Assembly (NCBI GenBank): GCA_002269645.1
Contig: NIVC01002312.1
Coordinates: 120,963-184,962, forward strand
DNA from: Macrostomum lignano
Taxonomy: Eukaryota
Reading direction: 5' to 3'
Length of the DNA: 64,000 nt
The notes under the pieces were generated by a model that saw only the letters and a program-made list of their open reading frames with translations, was not told the origin of the DNA and ran no database searches. The translations under genes were made by a program, and so were the position numbers. Of this stretch, positions 15,201 to 26,410 are shown one piece after another; position 1 is the first letter of the stretch; every line of letters begins with the position of its first letter.

Positions 15201-16167
15201 TCTGCATTTTCATGCGCAGCAGCTCAAGCAGATCTGCCCCCCCGCCCTCCGGGCAGCTGAGCGGCTTCAATCTTCGTCGCCATCCATCTGTATGAGCGAC
15301 TTAATAGACACCGAAGATGACGACCTACTCCATTCTGAGAGAGAGAAATTAATGCTCGGATGCTGATAAAACTGAAAAATGCCTGCAGTTTGTCGCACCT
15401 CACCGCCGTCTATCCTCACGTCTATACCCTCACACCGATCGGCTTGTGAACAAGTTTAACCTTGACCATGCTTGTTTGGCACCTTGGTTTTATTAACTCT
15501 CTCCTCCCCCTCCCCTGCTGCACAGGTGATGGTCAATCCGCAGGATTTGGACGGCGAGAGCGCCGACTCTGGCCGAGGCGGCAGTGAAGACGGTCACGGA
15601 GGTGAGTGAAGCAAAGCGCTGTGTGTGTTCTGACACTACTGTTATACTATGAGTAGTAATAGTAGTACTATATAAAGGTCCATCAATCCACCACCTCCGC
15701 CTTCGCAACCGCCAGGCCACCACCTGTTGATGGGCGGATCTCGCTGCGCCACCCTGCCGCCGCAGCTGCTGCACCATCATCACCAGCAGCAGCATCAGCC
15801 GCAGCCGCCGTTCCAGCCTCATCATCACCATCAGCAGCGCGTCATGTCGCCGCCGCCGCACATGAAATCTCCCTGCCAGTGCCTCGGCATCCCGGAGGAC
15901 GAGGAGGAGTCGGCCAGCAACAGCTCGCCAGCTGCCGCCCTCCTGACCGGAGCCGGCGCCACTGGCAGCTTCCTGCCGCCGCCGGTGCCGCCGCATGGCG
16001 TCGAGTATGGCGGCAGCGGCGGCGGCACATTGGGTCGTCGACAGCCTCAGCATCATCATCAGTTCCAGCCGCCGCAGCATCACGGCTTCTATCAGCAGCT
16101 GCATCATCAATCGCCCGGGACTGCTGGCAGAGCTGGATTGAATGGCGGGGGTGAGCGGCTGTGCTGA
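6293..16167 (+). CDS. Non-clustered (delta-like) protocadherin, 7 cadherin repeats, TM, cytoplasmic tail; ~1135 aa
   Basis: Exons 6293-6717, 7642-8307, 8961-9367, 9886-10681, 10970-11554, 15526-15601, 15716-16167, all GT-AG with consistent phases once one missing base is restored in the G-run near 8240-8248. Signal peptide MSPPHLLLRLAAAAALILSLLA; EC1 with DRE..C...C; linkers DINDNSP, DRNDNQP, DVNDHEP, GRNEFQP, DANDNAP, DVNDNSP; TM LSIIVGMIIVTGVVSVGLVSAIVCV; tail motif DSGRGGSE. Exon 2 acceptor position is uncertain. Confidence 0.9.
6727..7646. repeat. Three consecutive 17-bp minisatellite arrays filling protocadherin intron 1
   Basis: (CCATCCCACACTCTGTG)n ~6727-7145, (ATCCCACACATCAACCT)n ~7155-7235, (ATCCCACACTCCAGTCT)n ~7236-7646. 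Confidence 0.95.
8425..8870. repeat. ~19-bp minisatellite (GATCCCACACCTACTTAAT)n, protocadherin intron 2
   Basis: Degenerate tandem units seen directly. Confidence 0.9.
9392..9762. repeat. 16-bp minisatellite (CTAGAAGTTTTACATC)n, intron 3
   Basis: Tandem units seen directly. Confidence 0.93.
10700..10905. repeat. ~22-bp minisatellite (GCGGGTTTCCGGTGTGATTAG)n, intron 4
   Basis: Several tandem units seen directly. Confidence 0.85.
11648..12280. repeat. (CTACT)n pentanucleotide microsatellite
   Basis: Long near-pure run; source of the LLYST ORFs. Confidence 0.97.
12812..13510. repeat. Compound purine-rich minisatellite built on GAGATATGAAGAGAG
   Basis: Short units followed by higher-order units of about 80 bp. 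Confidence 0.9.
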
Positions 16168-16298
16168 GCGCTGCCGTTTTGAGTTCTTGCTCGGATCATT
16201 GTCGCACCTGTCAGAGTCTGTATGGCTTTTTCGGCTCTCTTCGTCCAAGGCTGAATAGTCTATTAATTGCTTTGAATAGTAAGGCTAAGGGGTCCAAA

Positions 16299-16690
16299 AT
16301 GAATTCTGAAGCTCTATCTGAATGAATTCTGAAGCTCTATCTGAATGAATTCTGAAGCTCTATCTGAATGAATTCGGAAGCTCTATCTGAATGAATTCTG
16401 AAGCTCTATCTGAATGAATTCTGAAGCTCTATCTGAATGAATTCTGAAGCTCTATCTGAATGAATTCTGAAGCTCTATCTGAATGAATTCTGAAGCTCTA
16501 TCTGAATGAATTCTGAAGCTCTATCTGAATGAATTCTGAAGCTCTATCTGAATGAATTCTGAAGCTCTATCTGAATGAATTCTGAAGCTCTATCTGAATG
16601 AATTCTGAAGCTCTATCTGAATGAATTCTGAAGCTCTATCTGAATGAATTCTGAAGCTCTATCTGAATGAATTCGGAAGCTTTATCTGAA
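16299..16690. repeat. 23-bp minisatellite (AATGAATTCTGAAGCTCTATCTG)n just after the protocadherin stop
   Basis: About 17 tandem copies. Confidence 0.95.
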
Positions 16691-17296
16691 AGTAATCTGA
16701 AGATATGTCAGACATCAATCAGCCTTTGACAAACCAATTTTTATTAATTAGCCACTCTCTCAATTCGAAAAAGACGCTCCAGGGTATTCCATAGCCTGTG
16801 CAATCAACTTATTAATATTCCGCGTGTACCATTAACTACTGTGTGTTGGCTTCATCACTCCGTATTGTTCAAATAATTAAATAATTAGTTCTTTATAACA
16901 ATATCGAGTAATTATTCATCTGTGTAAACATTTTATTAAAATAATTATCCAATGAATTCAAGCGGGCAGTCAATGCAGACTTTGCATTTATTGAGTACAA
17001 TATTCAACCCGCGCATGACTTCCATATTTGGAAACTTGCGATTGGATTATTCGATTCATAATATTTGTTCCCATGCCAGCCTTCATCGATTCGCGTCATT
17101 CAATGCCATTTTGTAATGCCGGCACTTGATTGTTAATGTGTTGCATTTTTTAATTGTTTCGCATCGGATAAATGCGGTCTGCACTTGTCTCAATTGTCTG
17201 CTGCACTGATGTCTCCTGCGCACTGCACGTTTGCTGTTGTCTGCGAGTACTTTTGGCTTTTCCATGCGATATCCTTCAACAGTGTGTGTCCTTCTG

Positions 17297-17990
17297 TCAA
17301 TCTCAGTCCCAAACTGCATCAATCTCAGTCCCAATCAGCATCAATCTCAGTCCCAATCAGCATCAATCTCAGTCCCAAAACAGCATCAATCTCAGTCCCA
17401 AAACAGCATCAATCTCAGTCCCAACCAGCATCAATCTCAGTCCCAAAACAGCATCAATCTCAGTCCCAAAACAGCATCAATCTCAGTCCCAATCAGCATC
17501 AATCTCAGTCCCAAAACAGCATCAATCTCAGTCCCAAAACAGCATCAATCTCAGTCCCAAAACAGCATCAATCTCAGTCCCAATCAGCATCAATCTCAGT
17601 CCCAAAACAGCATCAATCTCAGTCCCAACCAGCATCAATCTCAGTCCCAAAACAGCATCAATCTCAGTCCCAAAACAGCATCAATCTCAGTCCCAATCAG
17701 CATCAATCTCAGTCCCAAAACAGCATCAATCTCAGTCCCAATCAGCATCAATCTCAGTCCCAATCAGCATCAATCTCAGTCCCAATCAGCATCAATCTCA
17801 GTCCCAAAACAGCATCAATCTCAGTCCCAAAACAGCATCAATCTCAGTCCCAATCAGCATCAATCTCAGTCCCAAAACAGCATCAATCTCAGTCCCAATC
17901 AGCATCAATCTCAGTCCCAATCAGCATCAATCTCAGTCCCAAAACAGCATCAATCTCAGTCCCAACCAGCACCAATCTCAGTCCCAAACT
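17297..17990. repeat. 22/23-bp minisatellite (CAGCATCAATCTCAGTCCCAA[T/AA])n
   Basis: Tandem units seen directly. Confidence 0.95.
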
Positions 17991-18374
17991 GCCTCCATAT
18001 TTTCACGGCAAGCCGAACTCGCTAAATGCCTTTATTCATTAATAATATTTATGCGAATGAAATTAGCATTGAATTTCCTCTAGTTTTATTTTTCTGTGTT
18101 GTGTTCAGCTGTTCTGAAATGCCAGCTCTGTGCAATGTGATTGTAGCAGTAATACTATAAGTAGTATGATTGAACAGTACTAATTATTTGCGAATTAACC
18201 TGTTCTTTTTTCAAAACAAATATAAACAAATCAATAAATTGTTTTGCTTTCCGCCCGAAGCTGCCCTGCCCCCTGTTTTACTGCGGCAGCTGGCTTCAAT
18301 ATTTTTATAACAAAATCAACAAAAATCCGATCTGCGCCGCTCGAGCTTTGCTTCTTTTCATTGCTGGCCTCTAA

Positions 18375-19270
18375 GATGGGGATAGGATGAGAAGAGATGG
18401 GGTAAGATGAGAAGAGATGGGGTAAGATGAGAAGAGATGGGGTAAGATGAGAAGAGATGGGGTAAGATGAGAAGAGATGGGGTAAGATGAGAAGAGATGG
18501 GGTAAGATGAGAAGAGATGGGGTAAGATGAGAAGAGATGGGGTAAGATGAGAAGAGATGGGGTAAGATGAGAAGAGATGGGGTAAGATGAGAAGAGATGG
18601 GGTAAGATGAGAAGAGATGGGGTAAGATGAGAAGAGATGGGGTAAGATGAGATAGGGAGAGAAGAGATAGGGAGAGAAGAGATGGGGATGATAAGAGACG
18701 GGGATGAGAAGGAATGAGGATGGGAAGAGAAAGGGAGAGAAGAGATGGGGATGATAAGAGACGGGGATGAGAAGGAATGAGGATGGGAAGAGAAAGGGAT
18801 GAGAAGAGAATCGGGTGAGATGAGATGGGGAGAGAAGAGATGGGGATGAGAAGAGACTGGGATGAGAAGGGATGAGGATGACAAGAGATGGGGATGCGAA
18901 AAGATGAGGATGGGAAGAGAGAGGGATGAGTAGAGAATAGGATGAGGTGAGATGAGATGGGAGAGGAGATGGGGATGAGAAGTGATGGGGATGAGAAGAG
19001 ATGGGGATGAGAAGTGATGGGGATGAGAAGAGATGGGGATGAGAAGAGATGGGGATGAGAAGTGATGGGGATGAGAAGAGATGGGGATGAGAAGAGATGG
19101 GGATAAGAAAAGATGAGGATGGGAAGAGAATAGGCTGAGGTGAGATGAGATGAGAAGAGACTGGGATTAGGAGAGAAGGGGATGAGAAAAGACTGGGATT
19201 AGAAGAGACTGAGATGAGAAGAGATGGGGATGAGAAGAGAGATGGAGAGAAGGGGGTGAGAAGAGACGAG
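18375..19270. repeat. 20-bp minisatellite (GAGAAGAGATGGGGTAAGAT)n and degenerate purine-rich extension
   Basis: Tandem units seen directly. Confidence 0.92.
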
Positions 19271-19699
19271 AATGAGCTGGGTCAGACACAAGATGGAGAT
19301 AGAATTCACAGAGTTTAAGAAGTGGCTGACGAGACAAACGGCATTTGTGAAAGTTTTCTTTAACAGTTTTCAAAGCATAAACAGCGCAAGCAGTATCAGG
19401 TTGCCTGTGCTGTGCAGAACCGAGACAGTGTGCTCACAGTGGGACACCTGGAGGTTGTGACGTAACAAGAAAGTGTGTCAGACTAGACTGCTGCGGTAAA
19501 TTGATATGGCTTTACTGCAGCTTTGAGGAAAACTTGATCAACTTGGCTTGTGTAAAAATCAATAAAACTCTTTTACAAAAAATTCTACTCATTTTATTTC
19601 ATACTGATGTTCGCATGTGCCCCGCTACTCATAGTAGCTTATGTATGCTCTCTATTAGAGAAAAATACCAAGAATATTCTGTTCTCTTCACACCCTGTC

Positions 19700-20157
19700 C
19701 TCTTGACAATGCTACCCTGTCTTCTTCACAATGCTACCCTGTCTTCTTCACAATGCTACCCTGTCGTCTTCACAATGCTACCCTGTCGTCTTCACAATGC
19801 TACCCTGTCGTCTTCACAATGCTACCCTGTCGTCTTCACAATGCTACCCTGTCCTCTTCACAATGCTACCCTGTCATCTTCACAATGCTACCCTGTCGTC
19901 TTCACCATGCTACCCTGTCCTCTTCACAATGCTACCCTGTCCTCTTCACAATGCTACCCTGTCCTCTTCACAATGCTACCCTGTCCTCTTCACAATGCTA
20001 CCCTGTCGTCTTCACAATGCTACCCTGTCCTCTTCACAATGCTACCCTGTCCTCTTCACAATGCTACCCTGTCCTCTTCACAATGCTACCCTGTCGTCTT
20101 CACAATGCTACCCTGTCCTCTTCACAATGCTAACCTGTCCTCTTCACAATGCTAACC
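19700..20157. repeat. 22-bp minisatellite (CAATGCTACCCTGTCCTCTTCA)n
   Basis: Tandem units seen directly. Confidence 0.95.
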
Positions 20158-20663
20158 CTGTCTGTGATAAAGTAATAAACAAACGAACGAGTGGAAATTC
20201 TGGGCACAAAAAACTATTGCGCTTGTATTAAGAATTTTGAGTCAAGTATCTTCAAAGAATATTTGCTTTTTAAGTCATAATCTTTTTGTATAGCTTGGAT
20301 TCTTCTAACAGACATTTAAACGTGAATGAATAATTGCCCAGCTGAGCTACTGCAAGTAGGGCATTCGGGATTCGATTGAAAATTAGATTTTCACATGTAG
20401 CAAATCGGGAACAACACTGAACTAACATGCGGCGGATGTGTTAAAAGATAAGCGGACAGCGAGTTGAAAATTACAGAATGTACTGAGAAGGCTGCAAAAT
20501 GCAATTTGATTACAACAAAAATGTCTATAGCAGGCTTAGTAAATTATTTAGTATAATTAAGATTATATCAATATTATATTCCCAGAAAGTGACTGATTTT
20601 ACTATGATGCTATGATGCATTAAAATGCAAATTAACTTTTTTCTAACATTTTAATGGGATGAA

Positions 20664-21620
20664 TGAGATGAGATTGGGGCAGAGATGAGATCCGATTGAG
20701 AATAGATCCGATTGAGATGAGATCCGATTGAGATGAGATCCGATTGAGATGAGATCCGATTGAGATGAGATCCGATTGAGATGAGGTCCGATTGAGATGA
20801 GGTCCGATTGAGATGAGATGAGATCCGATTGAGATGAGATCCGATTGAGATTAGATCCGATTGAGATGAGATCCGATTGAGATGAGATCCGATTGAGATG
20901 AGGTCCGATTGAGATGAGATCCGATTGAGATTAGATCCGATTGAGATGAGATCCGATTGAGGTGAGATCCGATTGCGATGAGATCCGATTGAGATGAGGT
21001 CCGATTGCGATGAGATCCGATTGAGATGAGGTCCGATTGAAATGAGGTCCGATTGAGATGAGATCCGATTGAAATGAGGTCCGATTGAGATGGGATCCGA
21101 TTGAGATGAGATGAGATCCGATTGAGATGAGATCGGATCCGATTGAGATGAGATGAAATCCGATTGAGATGAGATGAAATCCGATTGAGATGAGATGAGA
21201 TCCGATTGAGATGAGATGAAATCCGATTGAGATGAGATGAAATCCGATTGAGATGAGATGAAATCCGATTGAGCTGAGATGAGAACCGATTGAGATGAGA
21301 TGAAATCCGATTGAGATGAGATGAGATCCGATTGAGATGAGATCGGATCCGATTGAGATGAGATGAAATCCGATTGAGATGAGATGAAATCCGATTGAGC
21401 TGAGATGAGAACCGATTGAGATGAGATGAAATCCGATTGAGATGAGATGAAATCCGATTGAGCTGAGATGAGAACCGATTGAGATGAGATGAAATCCGAT
21501 TGAGATGAGATGAAATCCGATTGAGCTGAGATGAGAACCGATTGAGATGAGATGAGATCCGATTGAGATAAGATCAGATCAAATTGAGATGAGATGAAAT
21601 CCGATTGTGATGAGACGAGA
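20664..21620. repeat. (GAGATGAGATCCGATT)n-type minisatellite, 16-21-bp variants
   Basis: Tandem units seen directly. Confidence 0.93.
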
Positions 21621-22089
21621 AGCAGAGATAAGATGAAGAGAGTCTGCTCATTCTGCTGAAGTAGAACCAATTCCCAAGCTCTTTTCCCATTAACCAATTC
21701 CCAATTTGAGGCGAAAATTTGATTTTTAATTTTGTTAAGTGGTAAGAGGAGACAGCGCATTGCTAAACATGCGTCAGCTGATTGTTAACTATGATGGAAA
21801 TCAACTGACAAGATAGGTCAACTACTTAGTGAGTAGGCATATGTGCATAATCATATCATGTACAGAGTAAGTTCCTGCGTAAAAACTTTATCAAGATCAA
21901 AATTTCACAAATTCAATATAGCTTAAGAAGTTTAGCTGGTCAGAAGGAAGGTAACGTTTAATGTAAAGAATTCTTTGAGAAAAGTTCCACAAATATCAAA
22001 ATTAAAATTTCAAAATACAGGTTGAGGGTGGCCACAACTGATTTTAAAACAACCTCCCCTAAACTCGAGGCCCTAATTTCACATTGGAA

Positions 22090-22390
22090 CAACCTACTCT
22101 CACCTTGAGGCAACCTACTCTCACCTTGAGGCAACCTACTCTCCCTTGAGGCAACCTACTCTCACCTTGAGGCAACCTACTCTCACCCTGAGGCAACCTA
22201 CTCTCACCCTGAGGCAACCTACTCTCACCCTGAGGCAACCTATTCTCACCTTGAGGCAACCTACTCTCACCTTGAGGCAACCTACTCTCACCTTGAGACA
22301 AGCTACTCTCACTCTGAGGCAATATATTCTCACCTTGAGGCAACCTACTCTCACCTTGAGGCAACCTACTCTCACCTTGAGGCAACCTTG
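22090..22390. repeat. 21-bp minisatellite (GAGGCAACCTACTCTCACCYT)n
   Basis: Tandem units seen directly. Confidence 0.93.
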
Positions 22391-22399
22391 AGGCAAGTT

Positions 22400-22652
22400 G
22401 GGCCAGATGTGCAACCGACAGCTCATCTAAAGGCTGCGTACGGCTGTTCAGTCCAAGGACTGGGGGGTCGCCACACACACCCTCAATTACCCCAGCTAAT
22501 GCTGGCACCCATTTTACAGCTGGGTGAACTGAAGCAATGCAGAGTTAAGTGTCTTGCTCAAAGAACACAAATTGTTCCGAGTAGTTCAAGAATCGAACCC
22601 CCGACCTTTCAGTCATGAGTCCGTTGCTCTAATCTCTTTAAACTAAACGTCC
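22400..22652 (-). mobile_element. tRNA-derived CORE-type SINE
   Basis: Minus strand: tRNA-like head with B box GGTTCGATTC, followed by TTTGAGCAAGACACTTAACTCTGCATTGCTTCAGTTCACCCAGCTGTAAAATGGG, which closely parallels the MIR/CORE domain (TTGGGCAAGTCACTTAAC...CAGTTT...CTGTAAAATGGG) as I recall it. 3' end is approximate. Confidence 0.75.
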
Positions 22653-22685
22653 TGATACAACCGTAGCTTCGGGGCCTGCATGTGG

Positions 22686-25140
22686 CTAGATGACGCCCCT
22701 GTCCAGCAGGTCCTGAATGTCGCCGCAGATGCTGTCCATCTGGGCGGCCAGCGGCGACGACCTGTCGAACAGCGCGCTAAGAAAGGCCGGCTCGGTGAAG
22801 AAGGTGGCGCAGGTGCGCACCCCGGCCTGGGATTTTTCGCTTAGGTGGCGCCGGATGAGGCGCAGCACGAGCTGCTCGCAGTCGCGGAACTGGCGCACCA
22901 GCGACGCCTGGTCGAGCGTCGAACGACGCGTCTGCATGCGCACCAAGTCGGTGGTCAGGTCGTTGAATTTGTCGCGAAAGTCGTCCGCCATCGCGCGCTC
23001 CTCGTCGTTGAACATGTCGTTGAGGTACAGAACTCCGATCTTCATGTTGAGCTTGATGATCTGCTTGAGCAGCTTCTGAGCTGCCTGTCGCGAGCCGGTG
23101 TGCGTCTTCACCAGCTTGTAGATCTTGTCAAACACTCGAGCCGAGGCCGCGTCAATGAAAATCTTCACGGACTTCTTCGTAGCCAATTTGCTGACGATTT
23201 TCTTCTGGGCACGCAGGCTGAACGACTGCGAGCTGAAGGCGCCACCCTCGCCGCCGCCATCGCCGCCTGCGCTGCTGGCTCCTTCAGCGGCGGCGCCTCC
23301 GGCGTTGGCGCCGGGTTCAGAGTCACCTGTTCAGGTAGTGACCCAGGTGGGCTCAGGTGTGTCAAACAGAGTGACAATACGGCCTTTGACTACTAGAAAC
23401 CCTGAAGAATCAGGTGTGGGATTGTGTAGAATCAGGTGTGGGATTGTGTAAAATCAGGTGTGGGATCGTTTAGAATCAGGTGTGGGATCGTTTAGAATCA
23501 GGTGTGGGATTGTGTAGAATCAGGTGTGGGATTGTGTAGAATCAGGTGTGGGATTGTGTAGAATCAGGTGTGGGATCGTTTAGAATCAGGTGTGGGATCG
23601 TTTAGAATCAGGTGTGGGATTGTGTAGAATCAGGTGTGGGATTGTGTAGAATCAGGTGTGGGATTGTGTAGAATCAGGTGTGGGATTGTGTAGAATCAGG
23701 TGTGGGATTGTGTAGAATCAGGTGTGGGATTGTGTAAAATCAGGTGAGGAATTGTGTAGAATCAGGTGTAAGATTGTGTAGAATCAGGTGTGGGATCGTG
23801 TAGAATCAGGTGTGGGATTGTGTAGAATCATGTGTGGGATTGTTTAGAATCAGGTGTGGGATTGTGTAGAATCAGGTGTGGGATTCAGGTGGGATGATTA
23901 TAATAATAGTTGCAGAAGGGCTGCGGGCAACCTGACGCAACGTCTTCGGCTACATCGTCCCACACCCAGCGCAGTGAGGCAACTCTGCCCATTCCGCCGA
24001 CTCCTGAGCAGATGCAAGCGCACCAATACTGTACACAGGCACGCACTCGTTGTGTGGGATGTGTGAGATTGTCTGTGTATGTGTGGGATTCGTCTGTGGA
24101 TTTATACATGGGATTTTGTGGGGGATGCACTACATGTACATTGTGCCTGAAACATAGCACGCCACGAAAGTCTGTAAGCTCTCAGCTGTACTTTTAGTTA
24201 TCCAACTTTCTCTCTCACCCTCTGTTTACCTGGCTCGCTCAGTTTCATAAAGAAATTCCTTTCCACACAAAGTGACGGCTTCCACCCGCGCGCGCGTGAG
24301 CGGCTCAATAAAGTTTCATTTTATTTGCGCTCACCTGCTCAGATTCTCGGCGATTTTTGAGCTCGTCCGATTTCACATCGCTCTCTTCACTCTCCTTCCC
24401 CTTCACTCTCTCTCTCCCAGCAGGATTTCACGCCTCGATGGGTTGAATTCCCTCCCCGCTTTCTGTTACACAGACAGCAGACATCACAGAGCGGAGGCTC
24501 AGAATAGTCAGCTACGAGCGTACATGCAGCGTCGCTTTATAGCGGCGTCGTCATCAGAAGGATCAAGGGATAAACCGAAGCAGGGATTAGCCGCTCTGGT
24601 GTGGGATCCGGCGAATCGGGGAGAAGAGGCCGCGAGTATCTGGGGCCTGATCTCGCGGGAGTTAATCGGGAATGAAGAAAGTGAAGAGCAAGGAAGGAAA
24701 GCTCAAGCTGAGCTGCTAATCTAGAGATTTTTTCTGCTATTTTCTAATACCAGCGTAGTGCACCAAGTGGGTAGGCGGTCAGAGTCCACGTAAAACTCGA
24801 CTTGACTTGATTAGGACTGGTTGACTGGCTTGAGCACAACAGGAGCTGATGAGGCCAAGGGCCGGAAGCTGGCCACGCTGATGCATATATTGCGGTGCAT
24901 GGCCTGAGAATAGGTAAAGAATTACCCCAGCAGCTCTGGGGCTAGGATGCGAGAAGTTGCCACTAGAGGATCGATAGAAGTGCTCAATTAGCTGCTGATG
25001 AAGGCCTGATGAAGGATTGAATCGATAGAGAGCAGCTGGACAGCTGGCTTACATATGTAAGGCAAACTGATCGATTAGATGAATGAAAAAAAGAGCAGAG
25101 AACTCAGCAAGCTGAACTCACCTGACTGACTGTCCGACAT
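22686..25140 (-). CDS. TNFAIP8: TNF-alpha-induced protein 8 family (TIPE/sigmar-like), ~219 aa
   Basis: Main exon 22686-23326 (AACAG acceptor, phase 1) encodes FSSQSFSLRAQKKIVSKLATKKSVKIFIDAAS...KLLKQIIKLNMKIGVLYLNDMF...FFTEPAFLSALF; first exon 25122-25140 (ATG TCG GAC AGT CAG TCA G|GTGAGT) joins in frame; alternative first exon 24230-24248. Confidence 0.9.
23407..23890. repeat. 22-bp minisatellite (AGAATCAGGTGTGGGATTGTGT)n in the TNFAIP8 intron
   Basis: Tandem units seen directly. Confidence 0.95.
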
Positions 25141-25739
25141 GAAAGCCAGTCAATTTTGGGCAGCTACCAGGTGCCTGCTGCCTTTGAGTCCAAGTCTATC
25201 GAATGCGGGGAGCAAGGGCGACGACCGTCTTGAGAGCCTGAGGGGCCGGGAGCTCCAGAGCCGGGGGGAGTCGAGATGAAGCAGCGGTGGGGGAGGCCAA
25301 TAGCTCATTTTGTCAGGGCCGGCCGGCCATTGGAGGCTGGGGGGGGAGGCGACTGCAGCTCTTCGCCTACCGTCTCTTCCCCGTGCATTTATCGTACAAC
25401 TCCTTCTTCTCCCTAGGGACTCCGCTCCCCTCCTACCAATGCCCTCCCAGCGTTCTCCTCCTCCCCCCCACAGCCCGCCCAGACAGCTGAGCACGAAGTC
25501 AGTAGAGCCATGCCAGCTAACACCCCAGCCGTGGACTGAATGAGGGGGTAACATGTACTGTATAATCTGCTTTGAGAGGGGCCTAGTCTAGTTACACAAG
25601 ATAGATAGCTTTCCAATTCACTAAAATCACTCGCTACAATACTGCACTGTTTTAACCGGCTAGAGAGCAGGGGCTGGCAAAAAAGCCTTATCTCAAAGGC
25701 AAAACAGAGAATCTAGCTCATGATGAGAGTGGACAGAAG

Positions 25740-26410
25740 AGGGAATAGAATATGAGAGATGAGAGAAGAGATAAGAGGAGAGAAGACAGGAGACAGGAGA
25801 GAGGGAAGAGAAGAGAGACGGAAGAAAGAAGAGGGGAAAGGAGAGGGAGGGGAGATGGGTAAGAGAGGGGAGAGAGGAGAGAGGGGAAGAGAGAAGAGGG
25901 GAGAGAGGGGAGAGAGGGAAGAGAGGGGGAGAGAGAAGAGAGTGGAGAGAGGGTAGAGAGAGGAGGAGAGAGAAGAGGAGAGAGCGAGGGGAGAGAGAAG
26001 AGTGTGGAGAGGGGGAGAGAGGGGGGGAAAGAGAGAAGAGAGTGAAGAGAGGGGGAGAGAGGGGGGAAAGAGAGAAGATTGTGGAGAGAGGGGAGAGAGG
26101 GGAGAGAGGGGGGAAGAGAGAAGAGAGTGGAGAGAGGGGAGAAAGAGGGGGGAGAGAGAAGAGGAGAGAGCGAGGGGAGAGAGAAGAGTGTGGAGAGGGG
26201 GAGAGAGGGGGGAAAGAGAGAAGAGAGTGGAGAGAGGGGGAGAGAGGGGGGGAGAGAGAAGAGAGTGGAGAGAGTGGAGAGAGGGGAGAGAGATGGGGAG
26301 AGAGAAGAGATGATAGAAAAAAAGTGGAGAGAAGGGGAGAGAGAAGAGAGGAGAGAAATAAGAGGGGAGAGGGGGGAGAGAAGATCGAGGGCAGAGGAGA
26401 GAAGAGAAGA
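25740..26410. repeat. Purine-only (G/A) low-complexity tract
   Basis: Almost exclusively G and A on the + strand. Confidence 0.9.

Noticed and set aside
17083-21760. Possible minus-strand gene with exons between the repeats (e.g. 18231-18370, 19272-19400)
   Set aside because: Short open segments exist but I could not recognise a domain or build a phase-consistent exon chain.
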